Shown: piece after piece, positions 12,140 through 24,566 of the stretch
Layout: each line of letters begins with the position of its first letter
How positions within the stretch are numbered: the first letter of the stretch is position 1
Origin: Mobula hypostoma
Taxonomy: Eukaryota
Length of the DNA: 64,000 nucleotides
Direction: 5' to 3'
Assembly (NCBI RefSeq): GCF_963921235.1
Contig: NC_086097.1
Span: 46,316,001-46,380,000, forward strand
Made by a program: the position numbers and the translations under genes
Notes under the pieces: model-generated
Databases searched by the model: none
Told to the model about the DNA's origin: nothing
Seen by the model: the letters and a program-made list of their open reading frames with translations, nothing else

Positions 12140-13960
12140 AAGATGACCACCAGCTGATGTTACTACCATTACGACACATCTTCAGTTGTGTACCTCGACA
12201 TCACTGGGTGTTTCGGCCTTTTATCACAAGACACCCTTAGCCGAGGCAGGCCCACCACAAGCTGATCAGACCTGGGTGTGTGTCACATGGTTAGTCTCCA
12301 GATGGTCACTTGGCAGCCCAGACAGCATCCCTTCTTTTCAGCCACAGCCAGTGGCTGCTTATTTCAGCAGCATTAGCAAGTGCTTTGATTGCCTTCCTAT
12401 GGGCCTGCCCTCCGACTCCTACTTCCCTCAGCAACCTTACGGTGGAACTAGCTACAAAGCCCCTGCACCCCACCTCAACTGGGCACACTTTTACATCCCA
12501 GCCTCGCTCCTCTGCTTCAACTGCAAGGTTGGCATATCACAGCCTTTTCCATTCGTAAGCCTCATCCACAGCATCCTCCCAGGGGACCGTCAGCTCAATG
12601 ATAAAGATGCACCGACAGGAGTTGGACCAAAGGACCAGGTCAGGCTGCAGGTTGGCCGTTGCAATTTCAGATGGGAAGGTAAGTTTCTGGCCTAAATCAA
12701 CATGCATTTCCCAGTCCCTGGCTGCACTCAGTGGGCATGAGTCGTGAGGCGAGGGGTTAGCCCCTGGTTTCTTTCCTTCCCGGATGAAGTATGGTAGTTG
12801 TGGGACCGTTGCCTGGGCATTGAGAGGCCTGGTGTTGGTGGTTACTCTCTTACCCTCAAGTTCAGCTGCCAAACACCTCAGCACTTGGTCATGTCGCCAG
12901 GTGTATCTGCCTTGTATTAGGCTAGTCTGGCAACTAACCAAGATGTGCTTGAGGGATGCCAGAACTGTGCACAGAGGACAGGCTGGATCCTCTCCCAGCC
13001 AAAGATTTAGGTTTGTAGGAGAGGGTAGGACATCATACGTTGCTCTGATGATGAAGCTCAATCTGTTTGGCTCTATGCTCCACAGCTCACTCCATGTGAT
13101 CTTCCTCCTCTCAACACCCTCTCACCTCATCCAGCAGCCTTGCTTGGCTTGGGATATTACCTTGGCATATCTGGCTGCTTCTTGGTGACGCACCTCCTCC
13201 ACCACCAGCTGCCGGCGTTCAGCTGTGGTAGCCTTTTGCCAGGTAGGTTTCATCACTCCAAGGCCAAAGCCTCCTCTGCCCTGTTGGACATAGCCCACTA
13301 TGTCCCAGTGTCAGAGGGCGGTTTCTGCGTCCAGTACTGCTGTGGCTGGGGTCTATTTCTTCCCTGTTGCTAGAGCAGGAGCAACGCCTCTTACGATTAG
13401 GTCCTGAGATTTTTTGAGTGTCATTTCCAGCCTTGCTTTGGTACATCTGTATTCCTCCATCAGGCTAGAAATTGGCAGAGAAAGGGCTCCGTTCCCGTAA
13501 AGTCCTATGCTGCTAAGGCATCTTGGTAGCCCAAGCCACTTCCTCACATGTGAGTTCACCAGCCTCTCCAGTCGATTTGCATGAGATAGTGACCTCATAG
13601 ATGGTAATTGGCCACATAAGTCTGGGGCAGCAGTCCAAACTGAAAGCACCAAAGCTTCAACCTCCCTGGGACAGCAGTGTTGTTGATTAGCTTGAGGCCA
13701 CTGATTGTATCCTGCCTTAGTTGTTCCACCTGCTCTGTGTCTCTGAGGTCTGCATTGTACCAACGTCCGAGGCTTTTGATGGGCTTCTCCAGGACGGTTG
13801 GTATTGGCTCAGCATTAATACAAAACCTTATGTCAGGGAGCCGGCCTTTGACAATTGAGATACTGCGAGACTTACTGGGATGATCTCCATTCGTGCCCAT
13901 TTGATGTTTCCCTGGAGTTTATCCAGCAGGCGTTCGGTGCATGCTTTTGTTGTTGTTATT
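12140..13960 (-). mobile_element. HERO-like (R2-group, restriction-like endonuclease) non-LTR retrotransposon, 5'-truncated and frameshifted
   Basis: PSKSRSISIVKG, KSLGRWY, RKWLGLPR RT-thumb motifs; CCHC knuckle CPLC...HILVSC; RLE PDLVLWS...IELTVPWE; stop at 12306. Confidence 0.88.
12171..12286 (-). ncRNA. Putative rearranged (non-circularly permuted) hammerhead ribozyme in the HERO-like 3' UTR
   Basis: GGGUGUC / GAAACACCC (stem III), UUGUG / CACAA-CUGAAGA (stem I + core), GGCCU / AGGCC, GCCUCGG / UCGAGGU, GUGACACA / UGUGUCGU. Confidence 0.7.
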
Positions 13961-14337
13961 GTTATTAATGAAGATAATGATTTAGTAATCAGCCTACATT
14001 ATTGAAAATTAGAAATCCATTGGCTAAAGTCTCACTTTATATTGTCATTTGAAAATAATGCATTGACAGAAAGAGTTTAAAAACTCCCACTGCAATGTTA
14101 ATACGTTTGCTTCATTCCAAATACTTTTCAATTCATTGAACTGATGGTGTCTTTTACAAGCACAGACTTGACACTTTTGAAATTCAATGATCAAAGAGTG
14201 TTTTCTTTTAAAATGGGTTGGGTGAGGCAATTCCTTGCTTAACCATACATTTCACATTCCTTTCCCTTCAGAAGATTATAGGCATCACACTATCTGTGTC
14301 TCAACCTGTTTGTACATCACATGCTGTAAACACTTAC

Positions 14338-14411
14338 TGCATCACATTAATAATTTTGGAGCAGTAATCTTCAAAACCAGTTCAAGTCTTTCCAACAACC
14401 AAGTGCATTCC
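14338..14411 (-). other. Candidate host exon, 74 nt, with strong splice sites; probably non-coding or stop-containing
   Basis: tcttatttttgtgtactttccacag acceptor and gtaagt donor; TGA in all three frames. Confidence 0.4.
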
Positions 14412-14519
14412 CTGTGGAAAGTACACAAAAATAAGAGTACAGGCTGTAATTTACAATTGCGTTTGATTCCATTCTGTATATTTGGACTCAGATTTATTCT
14501 CACTCATATAAAACACTTT

Positions 14520-14990
14520 TTTTTTAAAAAACGACAGCAGTTCATTGCAAGGCATAAAGTATTACAATACAAAATTGAATAATAAGATAGCAGACCATTC
14601 AGAATCTGATGGCAAAGGGGATGAAACAGTTTCTGAATTGTTGAGTGTTTGTCTTCAGGCTCCTGTATCTACTACCATTGGAGAGAAATGAGAAGAGGGC
14701 ATGTCCTGAAGCATTCTCTCTTGAAAATGTCCTCGATGGTACAGAGAGTTATGCCCTTAATGGAGCTGGCTGAATCTACAACCCTCTGGGGCCTCTTGTA
14801 ATCCTGTGCATTGGAGGCTCCATACCAGGCTGTGATGCCACCATAGCAGCAGAATTAGGCCATTCCACCATGGCTAATTCTCCCTTCCTTCTCCTTGTAA
14901 CCTTTAACACCCTTATTAAGCAAGAACCAATCAACTTCGGCTTTAAATATACCCAACTAAATAGCTGGCCTCCACAGTCTATCTCGGCCT
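14520..14990 (-). mobile_element. Decayed Rex/L2 fragment followed by a CR1 3' fragment
   Basis: Similarity to other LINE 3' ends in this window. Confidence 0.6.
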
Positions 14991-16101
14991 TCCAATGTCT
15001 AGTCATAATTCATTAGAAGTTAATTAAACTTAATTAACACATTTTAAGAACAAAATCCTACCACAGGACTAGCTATTTCAGAATTGTTTACTGCTGCAAT
15101 GCAAAGAAAATGAATAAATGCATTACCTCTCAAGCATGGATAAAGTAAAAGGGTAACAGCAAACAAAAGAGCACCCATTATATCAGCAGCACATTTTGTT
15201 TTTTTAAAAAGCTGCAAAGTGACAACTGAATTTATAAGGAACATGCAAGATGTCCCACTATAACTCAAGTGATCTAATAACAAAACTGATAGTCACTGGA
15301 GAGATATTAAAATGAAGCACATTAAGGAAGGAATTAAAATTAATACAAGAAATGCTTTACAGGGAATTCTTGGACTTGGGCACATAAAAACACAATGTAA
15401 TTGTAGGAACAAAGATCATGGGAAGCTGTCTAGCTACATGAGATTATAGAAGCTGCAAGGTCATGGAAGAATTTATAAGCCACAAGTATTTTAAAATTGA
15501 AACACTGCCAACCAGGAGCCAATACAGGTCTACCAGACAGCTGAAAGATGAATGCCTGGCCACAAACATCCAGAGAAAATGGGACATGCAAGTTACAAGA
15601 GCTGGGAGCATGATAATACAACACCAAGTCTGCAAACATCTTGGTTGCAAGTTACTTGAATGGAATAAGTACCAAAGTCATGGCTGCAGTCTTCTCTACT
15701 ATTTTGTTGAAGGAAATTTCTATTCAGCCAACAATTTTGGATAAGCTACAATACATTTGAGAAAGTGGAGACAGGGAGAGGAACAATGAATTAGAAATGT
15801 ATGTCATCTGTTTACATATCAATGTCCTTGCACATCCAATAAGATTGAACGCATCTATGAAAGTTTGGTTACAATTAATGAAATCTGTTATCAACTTGGT
15901 ATTAGCACATCCTGACACTACAGTCAGTAGCGACTGCTACACTACAGCCTGCTGCTGCTCATAAAAACACACCTTGATGAATCAGGTATAACTCAGATGT
16001 TAATAGCCATCACTTCTTATCAACTTCACTGGCACACAAAAATTTTAGCTCTGCGGACTGCCATTATTTAGATAAATATTTAATCCTATTTAAATGAAAT
16101 A

Positions 16102-16885
16102 CAGTGGATTCCGGTTAATTGGGACACATCAGGACTAGTACATTTTGGTCCAATTAACTGGCTGCCCCAATTTCATGGAAATAGTTATAAAGGTATATAA
16201 AAAAAGGCAAACTACCATTTAACTGAGGAACAAATTATGTATTTAAATGAAAAACAGAACAGATTAGAACACTATCAATACTACTACAGTATTATAGTTA
16301 TCAATGTAGGAATTAAGCCAGTGTACAATGCCTTGTTCTTTTGATTGTAAATGAACAAAATCAGTGAAGGCACCCAGTAGGTATAATGGAATGCCTTCAT
16401 ACAACCCTTTCCATGATTGCATCCTCTACACCTTTATTTCCCTTATAATATTCAAGATGATTGCCGACACCTTCGAATTCTTCATTGTTCCTAACTTGAA
16501 GTAGTGAAATTGTTTTATTTCTGGCATTTCCAAGGCTGAGTGCTTGAAAACACGGCCAGCAAAACAGTTCTGAATTGTCTTACTGCTTATTTCTCACCAA
16601 CTATCAGTGACAAGAATCACTGATTCTTGAACACAAACACATGCAACTAATGCTTTTTAAAAACTGTTTGCTCTAAGCATGGTATAGTGTCTAATGGCCA
16701 CACAAATACACATGACTGACATTAGTTAGAAACTGTTCAGCAACAGTCTCCAGCTTCAAGTGACATAGTGTCCCAAATAAATTAAGGGAATCCCAGCTAT
16801 TTTCTCGATTGGTCTTTGTTCTTTAAAAGTTGGCCCAAAAAGCTGTCGCGATTAACCAATGACCCAATTAACTGGATTCTACAGT
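16102..16885. mobile_element. Non-autonomous Tc1/mariner (pogo/Tigger-like) DNA transposon
   Basis: TA-CAGTGGATTCCGGTTAATTGGG ... CCCAATTTAACTGGATTCTACAGTG imperfect TIRs; shorter relative at 33794-34003. Confidence 0.75.
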
Positions 16886-18482
16886 GTTTCTCAAATTTCA
16901 GCTTTTATGTTAAATCCATCTCAATTTCAGCTCCCTGCAAAATATTTCAAAATATAATGCAAAGTTAACATTTTTAACTTTGTGAAAATTCTACAGCCTG
17001 ATTAGATGCTTTGCCTGTTCAGTGATGTCACGGCTGCTGGATGTCATACAGCAATCCCTCCTTCCTTTAGTGAAAATCCATGCTATACAAATCGTAAAAT
17101 GACTGAGGTATTTTCTTCAAGGTCAGTAACAAGATCACGTTGACCACAAAATCCAAGTCATTGTGGTTTTGGATGGTGTCACTGAGCATCAGGAAGTAGA
17201 CAGAAAGAGAGCCACAGGCAAACTCAATTATTAAGAAACTCACTTGATTTCACATTGCTCAATTTCAGTGCTGTGGCATTTAATAATTGGACTTTAACAC
17301 TCAATATGTTAAACAATACAAGATTGTATTCTGTAAATTAACTCTCAAGTGAAAGGGAGAAGAAATTATTCAAGTCGTATGTCACTAAATATTAGGAAAA
17401 GCTGCAAATAAAAACAGAAAAATGCTGAAAATAGTCAACAGCTCAGGCAGCATTTGTGTCAACGATCTTTCATTAGAAAGAGCAAGTAGCAAGGTCATGG
17501 AATGATGCAAATGGGATGAATATTTTTAGACCAAAATTGAGATCGTAATGCTATACCTGCAAAACCACAATCTACTCCCAAGTGGACTACAAATAGCTTT
17601 AGTAATAATTTCAAATTTGTTGTACCAAGTTAAAAGATCCATACTTCCTCAGAAAATAATTTGATATCAAAGAAACACAGTACACAGGATCAGATAGCAA
17701 GCCTACCAAAAACCATTTCAATGAAGAAGGTGAAATGCACACTGCAGTTTCTCAAGTGTATTAATGGAGAATATGCCAAAACACCTAAACGGCCAATCAC
17801 AAATTCTTAAAATATCTTTGTAGCAACCCAGCCACAGCTTCATGGAACTTGAGTTTATCTCATGGAAAACTGCAAAAACAGGCCTATTGTTCATTTCCTG
17901 GGAGATAGCAGGGATTGTATTCACAAACTGAAATTAATTTATTGTATGACAGAAAAATAAGTCACCCTTTAGTGTATGATATGAAAAAACACTTTTTTTT
18001 CCCTGATGCACACTAATTGCAGGTGACCTGATTAAATTTGAAATGAGAGCCTTGCTGTCCCATTACAAATACAGGTGCCTGGATGTACAAAGGCACAAGC
18101 CAAATGTGCGTGCTACCTCATTCCAACACCTCTTTGTTTATAGCTTTCCTGTCTGCCCAAAAATCAAAATACAAAAGAGAACAGAATCTCAATGCAGTCA
18201 AAGGGGTAGAATTTAGTCTGTATTCTGACAATATTTTTAGTGATAAGCACTGAACTGAAACCACCAAATCTCATGATACAGTAGAATTTTTTTTAATCTT
18301 TGCTTATAGTGAACAATTTTATCTTTGTTTTCAATGCAAGGCAATACTATGCCAAAGAAGCTCTTCTCTGGCTTCCAGCCAGGTAAGGTATCAATTTTAA
18401 CCGACATTTCAATGACAAACTCTGCCATTTTCATCATGGATGATGCCTAGGCACGTCTAGTCCATTGGTGTTTATACCCCCA

Positions 18483-19127
18483 CAATGCACTGGAGGTACA
18501 CTTCACTTGTGAGTCTGTTGGGGTCATCTATTGCATCCGGTGCTCCTGGTGTGGCCTCCTCTACATCGGTGAAACCTGACACAGATTGGGGGACCGCTTC
18601 GTCGAGCACCTCCACTCCGTCCGCCACAACAGACAGGATCTCCCAGTAGCCACCCACTTCAACTCTGCTTCCCATTCAGATATGTCCATACATGGCCTCG
18701 TCTACTGCCATGATGAGGCTAAACTCAGTTTGGAGGAGCAACACCTCATATACCGTCTAGGTAGTCTCCAGCCCCTTGGTATGAACATAGAATCCTCCAA
18801 CTTCTGGTAATTCCCTCCCCCTCCCTTCCTCTATCCCTATTTCACATCACCTCCCTCACAGTTCCGCCTCCTTCTACCACTTTGCATTGTTCTCCTGCCA
18901 ATCACCTCCCTGCATCCCTTCCCCCACCCCTTTGTCTTTAAAATTACTGTTTTTTTCAACTACTAGCATTCTTCAAACCCTCCCCAAAGTTCTTCCTTCA
19001 GTCCTGACGAAGGGTTTTGGACTGAAACGTCGACTAATCTTTTCAACTGATGCTGACTGACCTGCTGAGTTCCTCCAGTGCATTGTGAGTGTCCCTTTGA
19101 CAACAGCATCTGCAGATTATTTTGTGC
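18483..19127 (+). mobile_element. Nested PLE 3' fragment related to the 984-3329 family (GIY-YIG C-terminus + 3' UTR)
   Basis: LGDRFVEHL..PVATHFN..EEQHLIYRLG; TSD ttataccccca at 18472-18482 and 19128-19138. Confidence 0.9.
19000..19035 (+). ncRNA. Minimal hammerhead ribozyme (PLE)
   Basis: AGUC-CUGACGA-AGGGUUUUGGACU-GAAAC-GUC-GACU; stem II weakened. Confidence 0.7.
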
Positions 19128-22070
19128 TTATACCCCCATTGTCCATCCCTCCTGAATGGTCAGTCCTCATCCAATCAGGTTTTCACTCTCTCACCTTGTT
19201 TACAATCAAATTCCAGTTCTTACTTAGAGTGAGACCTTAGTCTTCGTTAAAATTCCTTTCCTCTATTTTTATTTCAATGGCTTCCTTCACCAGGCGGTCC
19301 CAAAAGCCACTGGTGCAGCACAGTAGTTTTGTGCCTTTGAAGTCAATCCTATGGCTATTGTGAGTGCAACAATCTCCTACCACTGATTTCTCCGGATAAC
19401 CCAAACAAATACACCACCTGTGCTCCTTGATGCGGGTTTCCACCATACAGAATGGTTACAAAGTTGAAGGAATTAACTGGACCCTTAAAAGGGGCCAATG
19501 GAAAAACCCTAACTATGAGGAGGAACCTGTCGCTATCGCCTGACTTCCCTATTATTTCCACGATTTCTGGAAGGATCGTTGGGATCCTGAAGAAATACTG
19601 GATTAATACCATCCATAAACCCATAAAGAAGCTCAAATCACAGTTGTTGCAAGTCAACTATGACCTGAGACTCAGGACAGCTGGTGTTTACAGGATTCCC
19701 TGTGAATGCAAAACACTGTACATCAGCCAGACAGGACATAACGATGGAAACCCACATCAAGAAGCACAGGAGGTGTATCTGTTTGGGGAATTAGGTAAAG
19801 AAAGCCATTGAAATAGAACTAGTGGAAAAGAATTTTAACAAAGACGAAGGTCTTGCTCTAAGTAAGAGCAGGAATTTGGTTCTAAATAAGGTGGGATAGC
19901 GGAAATCTGATTGGATGAGGACTAACCAATCAGGAGGGATGGATGACAGGGATATAAATACCACTGGACTAGACATGTCCAGACATCATCCGTGATGAAG
20001 ATGGCAGAGACGGTCATCAAAGTGTCAGTTAAAATTGATACATGTACCCAGCCTGAAACCAGAGAGAGTTTATTTGTCATATACACCAGCAATGCACTAG
20101 ATCCTTTTTCAATACTATGCACTTCCTTTTACAGCTTAAAAAAAATCTACCACCACCTCAACTTCAGTCTTTGGCACTATTCAAATATTTTCCATGGGAT
20201 TTAGGTCTAGATATTTATTTATGAGCTCCAAGAAAAAAGATTAAATTCCAAGGACATACACTTTACCAGTTACATGAAAAGATCTTTTGAGTTGTTGAAG
20301 AGTGGCTAACATGGACTTGTTTCTCTTTGTATATTTCAGGATAAACTCAATCTTCAGAACTTAATCAATGCACAGGTAGGCATTATTAAAAGAGTCCTAA
20401 ATTAGTTTGATAACATTTGAACTTTCAGTGCTAACCAATTTGATTGAGCGCATAATTAAAAGTTAAAGAACCTAAGGACAAAGAAACAAAAGCATGAATT
20501 CATACAGCAATTTGTCAAAAATGTTTTGCATCAAACCAAATGTACAAATTAAAAATAGTTTCTAGTTTAGACTAATTTCAGAGTGAAAAAGATTCCTGTA
20601 CCTTAATCTTCCTACCTATCTATAATTTGCAATGTAGTTTGCACTCACTTCACACATGCAGCAGTAGTATAAAACATTATCTGCCTTTCAAGTTTCAGTT
20701 ATAAATACTGCCTAAAATATTCAGAACCCTATTCTTGTAGCTTTGAATGGATATCTTTATATCAAACACATAAACATACAGAGAATTTGTAACAGGAGAT
20801 AAGGCAATATGCATCCATGATATGTACGACCAAAATCTTTCACTGAAATCAATTTATATTGTTTCTAAAACCTGGCATTTTTCCATTGTGTTAAAGTTAA
20901 TTAATTTGTTCAACTGAACTAAAAGCAGTTTGTCAGTGATAACACACAATTTGACTTATGTACATAATGATGGGTGAGGCTCATCACAAGACTGAAGCTG
21001 CAGATTTTTTTTTGCTTTTTAAAAAAAAAATTAAACATAAATAGCAAATTCAGATTCTAGTGAAAAAAGCAAAAAATGTTTTATAATTATAAAGAAACTG
21101 GAATACTGAACAAATAGAATAAGGGAAACAATGGAATAAGGAATACTGAAATGGTCCTTAGTCATCATCTGTGCCCCTCTGCCCCTCTCCATAAAATTCA
21201 TCTTTTTTATTTCAAAAAAAAAATACAATTAACTCAACCCTTCGATTGAGATTCAAGAAAGGAACGTAATGCTAGGTAAAAAAAAGACTAACAATGTTCT
21301 TTTTGAACTGGACCAAACAATTGAGGGATAAATATTTTCCCAAAATGGCATTAGGCACCACCTTCTTTGCATTCTTCTTTCATTTCACAACACAGTGAAA
21401 TGTAGCGAGCTACATAAATATACTGCTAACCATTGCAAGTGCTCTGAAGTGAACATCAACTAGACTAAACCTTCAAGCTTCCTTAGCAATAAAAAACATC
21501 TAAGTTAATTTGCTCCTGTTAATCTTCAGATCCTGCACATTCATACAAGCGATCATATTTTATGATCAAAACAGATCAAAGATTAAATAATGATCAAAGA
21601 ACTCTATGTTGGTAATACTTGGTCTGCTTGCTGGCTCAAAATCAAATAATGCAGCTGTCAGTTCAGTCTTGTTTATCGCAGGAGAACAATAAAGTGTCAT
21701 ACAATGAGTGAAACAGAAAATCATTTATCTTCCATCCAAAATTACACATGATGCTATTCAATCCAATTTGCATTACAGTCAAAAAGAATAATCTTAAGGT
21801 TACAGCTTGTGGTAATTTCTACATAACAAGTGACTCCAGCAGAAACATTCCACGTTCTTAAATACCAGTAAAGTGGAGGATAAATGTACTAACTTTTAAC
21901 AAGACAATGCAATTGACCTAGTAACAAAATATCACCCTCTTCACTAAATATCATGTATTTAAGATAAATTTATCAACTCATGGTTAATCCATATGGCAAA
22001 CATGGAAGGAGACTAATTAATGAAAACTACAACAGGATGTGCATAATGAATTTGTTGCATCACACAGTTA

Positions 22071-22629
22071 TACTCAGTGGCCACTGTTCTTTCTGTATTT
22101 AATAAAGTGGTCACTAAGTACACGTTCATAGTCTTCTACTGCTATAGCCCATCCACTTCAAGGTTTGAAGTACTGTCCATTCGGAGATGCTCTTCTGCAC
22201 ACCGCTGTTGTAATGTGTAGATATTTGAGTTACTGTCACCTTCCCATCATCCTGAACCAGTCTGGCCATTCTCCTCTGACCTTTCCTATTAACAAGGCAT
22301 TTTCACCCACAGAATTGCTGCTCTCTAGATCTTTTTTGCTTTTCACACTATTCTCTGCAGATTTTAGAAACTGACGCGCATGGAAATCCCAGTGAGTCTG
22401 CAGTTTCTAAGATACTCAAGCAACCCCATCTGGCACCAACAATCATTCCACAGTCAAAACCATGCACATCACATTTCTTCCCCATTCTGATGTTTGGTCT
22501 GAACAACAAATGAACCACTTGACCATATCTACACACGCTTATACACTGAGTTGCAGAAACATGACTGGCTGATTAGATGCATGCATTAATGAAGTGTACA
22601 AGTTTACCAAATAAAGTCGCCACTGAGTG
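22071..22629 (-). mobile_element. Internally deleted Tc1-like transposon
   Basis: ACTCAGTGGCCACT / AGTCGCCACTGAGTG TIRs; MGKKCD...FDCGMIVGAR...SILETADSLGF transposase N-terminal HTH. Confidence 0.85.
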
Positions 22630-23449
22630 CGCTTCATGCTTCACTTTTATACAACTCAAAACAATTCAAAGAAATATGTATTATCTTTTCATTTGAATAT
22701 TCTTTCCTCGACAAATTCTAATTCCAGATAAACATTTTCTCTTACTCTGGCTTTGAATGCATCTAAAAATCTTACAATAATTAGCCAATAACTAAGAGCA
22801 TCTATCAGTACAAACTGGTGAGCATTTTGCTAAAGAAATTGTAAAATATCAATAAAAAATTAAAAATGTGTTGGAAATACTGAAGTTTCTCACACATGAA
22901 AATCTTTCCAGACTGCTTTATTCCAGGTTTAACAACAACCAATACCAATCTGTTGCCAAGTGGAATTTTTAGTTCTAAAAACAGCCTTGGCAGAAAATAC
23001 CATTTGCCAAAATGCTTCCCCCAAGTGTATTCCTGAGTCATTTCCATTTCCCCTATACGTCTGAGATTATGTCTCCTTGAAATTTCAGTAGGATTCTATT
23101 TTTGGCCTTCCCCCACCTTTTCCTTCCACTACACGACAAAATCAAAGCATTCTCTGGGAACAGACTGTCCTAGCAATAAGTAATCTAATCAATTTAGTGC
23201 TTAAGTAGTGAAAACTTGCTCATTTTATGTGGAGTACTCAGCCACTTCTCTAGCAAATCAAAGAATCCAACCATTTAAACATAAAAATAAAATGTTGATA
23301 ATGGGAATTTAAAATAAAACCAGAATAGATATACTGTGCATGTTTGGTAACATTTTTTAAATTAATTGATTTTTCAGGATTTTGGCATACATAGCTAGTA
23401 AAACTAACATTTATTACTCACTTCTAATCGTCTTTCAGGTGGTGGTCAG

Positions 23450-23810
23450 AAGCAGGTTCATTATCACTGACACACAGAATGAAATTTGTTGTTTTGTGGC
23501 AGCAGTGCAATTATTTCAAGTTTCAATTAAAAAATACTACAAAAGAGGAATAGCAGGATAGCATTCCTGGGTTCATGGACATTTAGAAATTTGATGGTGG
23601 AGAGGAAGAAGCTGTTCCAAAATCATTGCGTGTAGTATTAAAATCCCTGTACTCTCTCCCCAATGCTAATAATGAGAAGAGGGCATGTCCCAGATTGTGA
23701 GGGTCCTTAAAGATGAATGCCACCTTCTTGAGGCACCAACTCTTGAAGATGTCCTTGATGGTGGGAGGATTACAACCCTCTGCACCTTCTTCTGATTATG
23801 TGCATTGGGA
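23450..23810 (-). mobile_element. Decayed Rex/L2 LINE 3' fragment
   Basis: Antisense HP..HALFSLL-type segment and 3' UTR. Confidence 0.65.
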
Positions 23811-24530
23811 CTATAGATAACAGCTTGACTATCAGCAGACATAGTTCAGGATCTCAGGTCTTCAGCAGTACAGCTGGGATACCATCTGGTCCCATATCTT
23901 AGCTGAATCCAATGCTCACAGTTCTTTGTGATTACATCATAGAATCAATAGACATGGCTAAATACTAGAGAAAACGGGAAAACAGAAGTGATCCCCTACC
24001 TAGAAATTCTGGCTGAATGAACTTCAAAATGGTACAGCCTTAACTCTAGCATTAACATACTGGTAGTGCCAACTAATAGTTGGAATGTATTTGGAGCTTC
24101 TTCCTCCTCCTAGCTGTAAATATACAAGTTACATAATTTTGATCTTATCTATTGATTGAGTTCCATCAACTGCAAACTCTTTTTGGTAGTTAGCATAAAA
24201 GTAGTGATGCTGCAGCTTCACTGGAGCTGGGGGATAGGAGGCACTTCATTATTAGACAATCCTGGTACTGCTCTCAACATGTCCTACTGCACTCATCATT
24301 GAACCCAAATCTGGTCTGAACCAATGGATGAGCTAGGCCACAAGATTACAAGTTGTAATGGAATACACTTCTACTGCTGCTGACAGCCCACTTTTTATAG
24401 ATGCAGATATGAGCAGGAAGATTTATTTAGTCTATCCCATCCAGCACAATCCAATACTAGAAAATAAGCAACATACATCAAAGTTGCTGGTGAACGCAGC
24501 AGGCCAAGCAGCATCTATAGGAAGAGGCGC

Positions 24531-24566
24531 AGTCGACGTTTCAGGCCGAGACCCTTCGTCAGGACT
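24531..24566 (-). ncRNA. Minimal hammerhead ribozyme (left arm of palindrome)
   Basis: Same intact motif as at 1045-1080. Confidence 0.85.

Larger units (their letters stand above)
18358..20075. mobile_element. Older Penelope/Poseidon-type PLE in inverted configuration (minus arm to ~19446, plus arm ~19447-20075), interrupted by a nested PLE
   Basis: GVYRIPCEC..YISQTG GIY-YIG and KEAIEI..NFN motifs on both arms; mirrored 3' UTRs with decayed hammerheads at ~18400-18440 and ~19988-20030. Confidence 0.8.

Noticed and set aside
14338..14411. In-frame TGA as selenocysteine (KT-U-TGF)
   Set aside because: The context matches no selenoprotein family I know, and no SECIS element was identified.
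17718..17924. Short ORFs in unique AT-rich DNA (also 37905-38159 and 52174-52404)
   Set aside because: No recognisable protein motifs and no consistent splice-phase chain.
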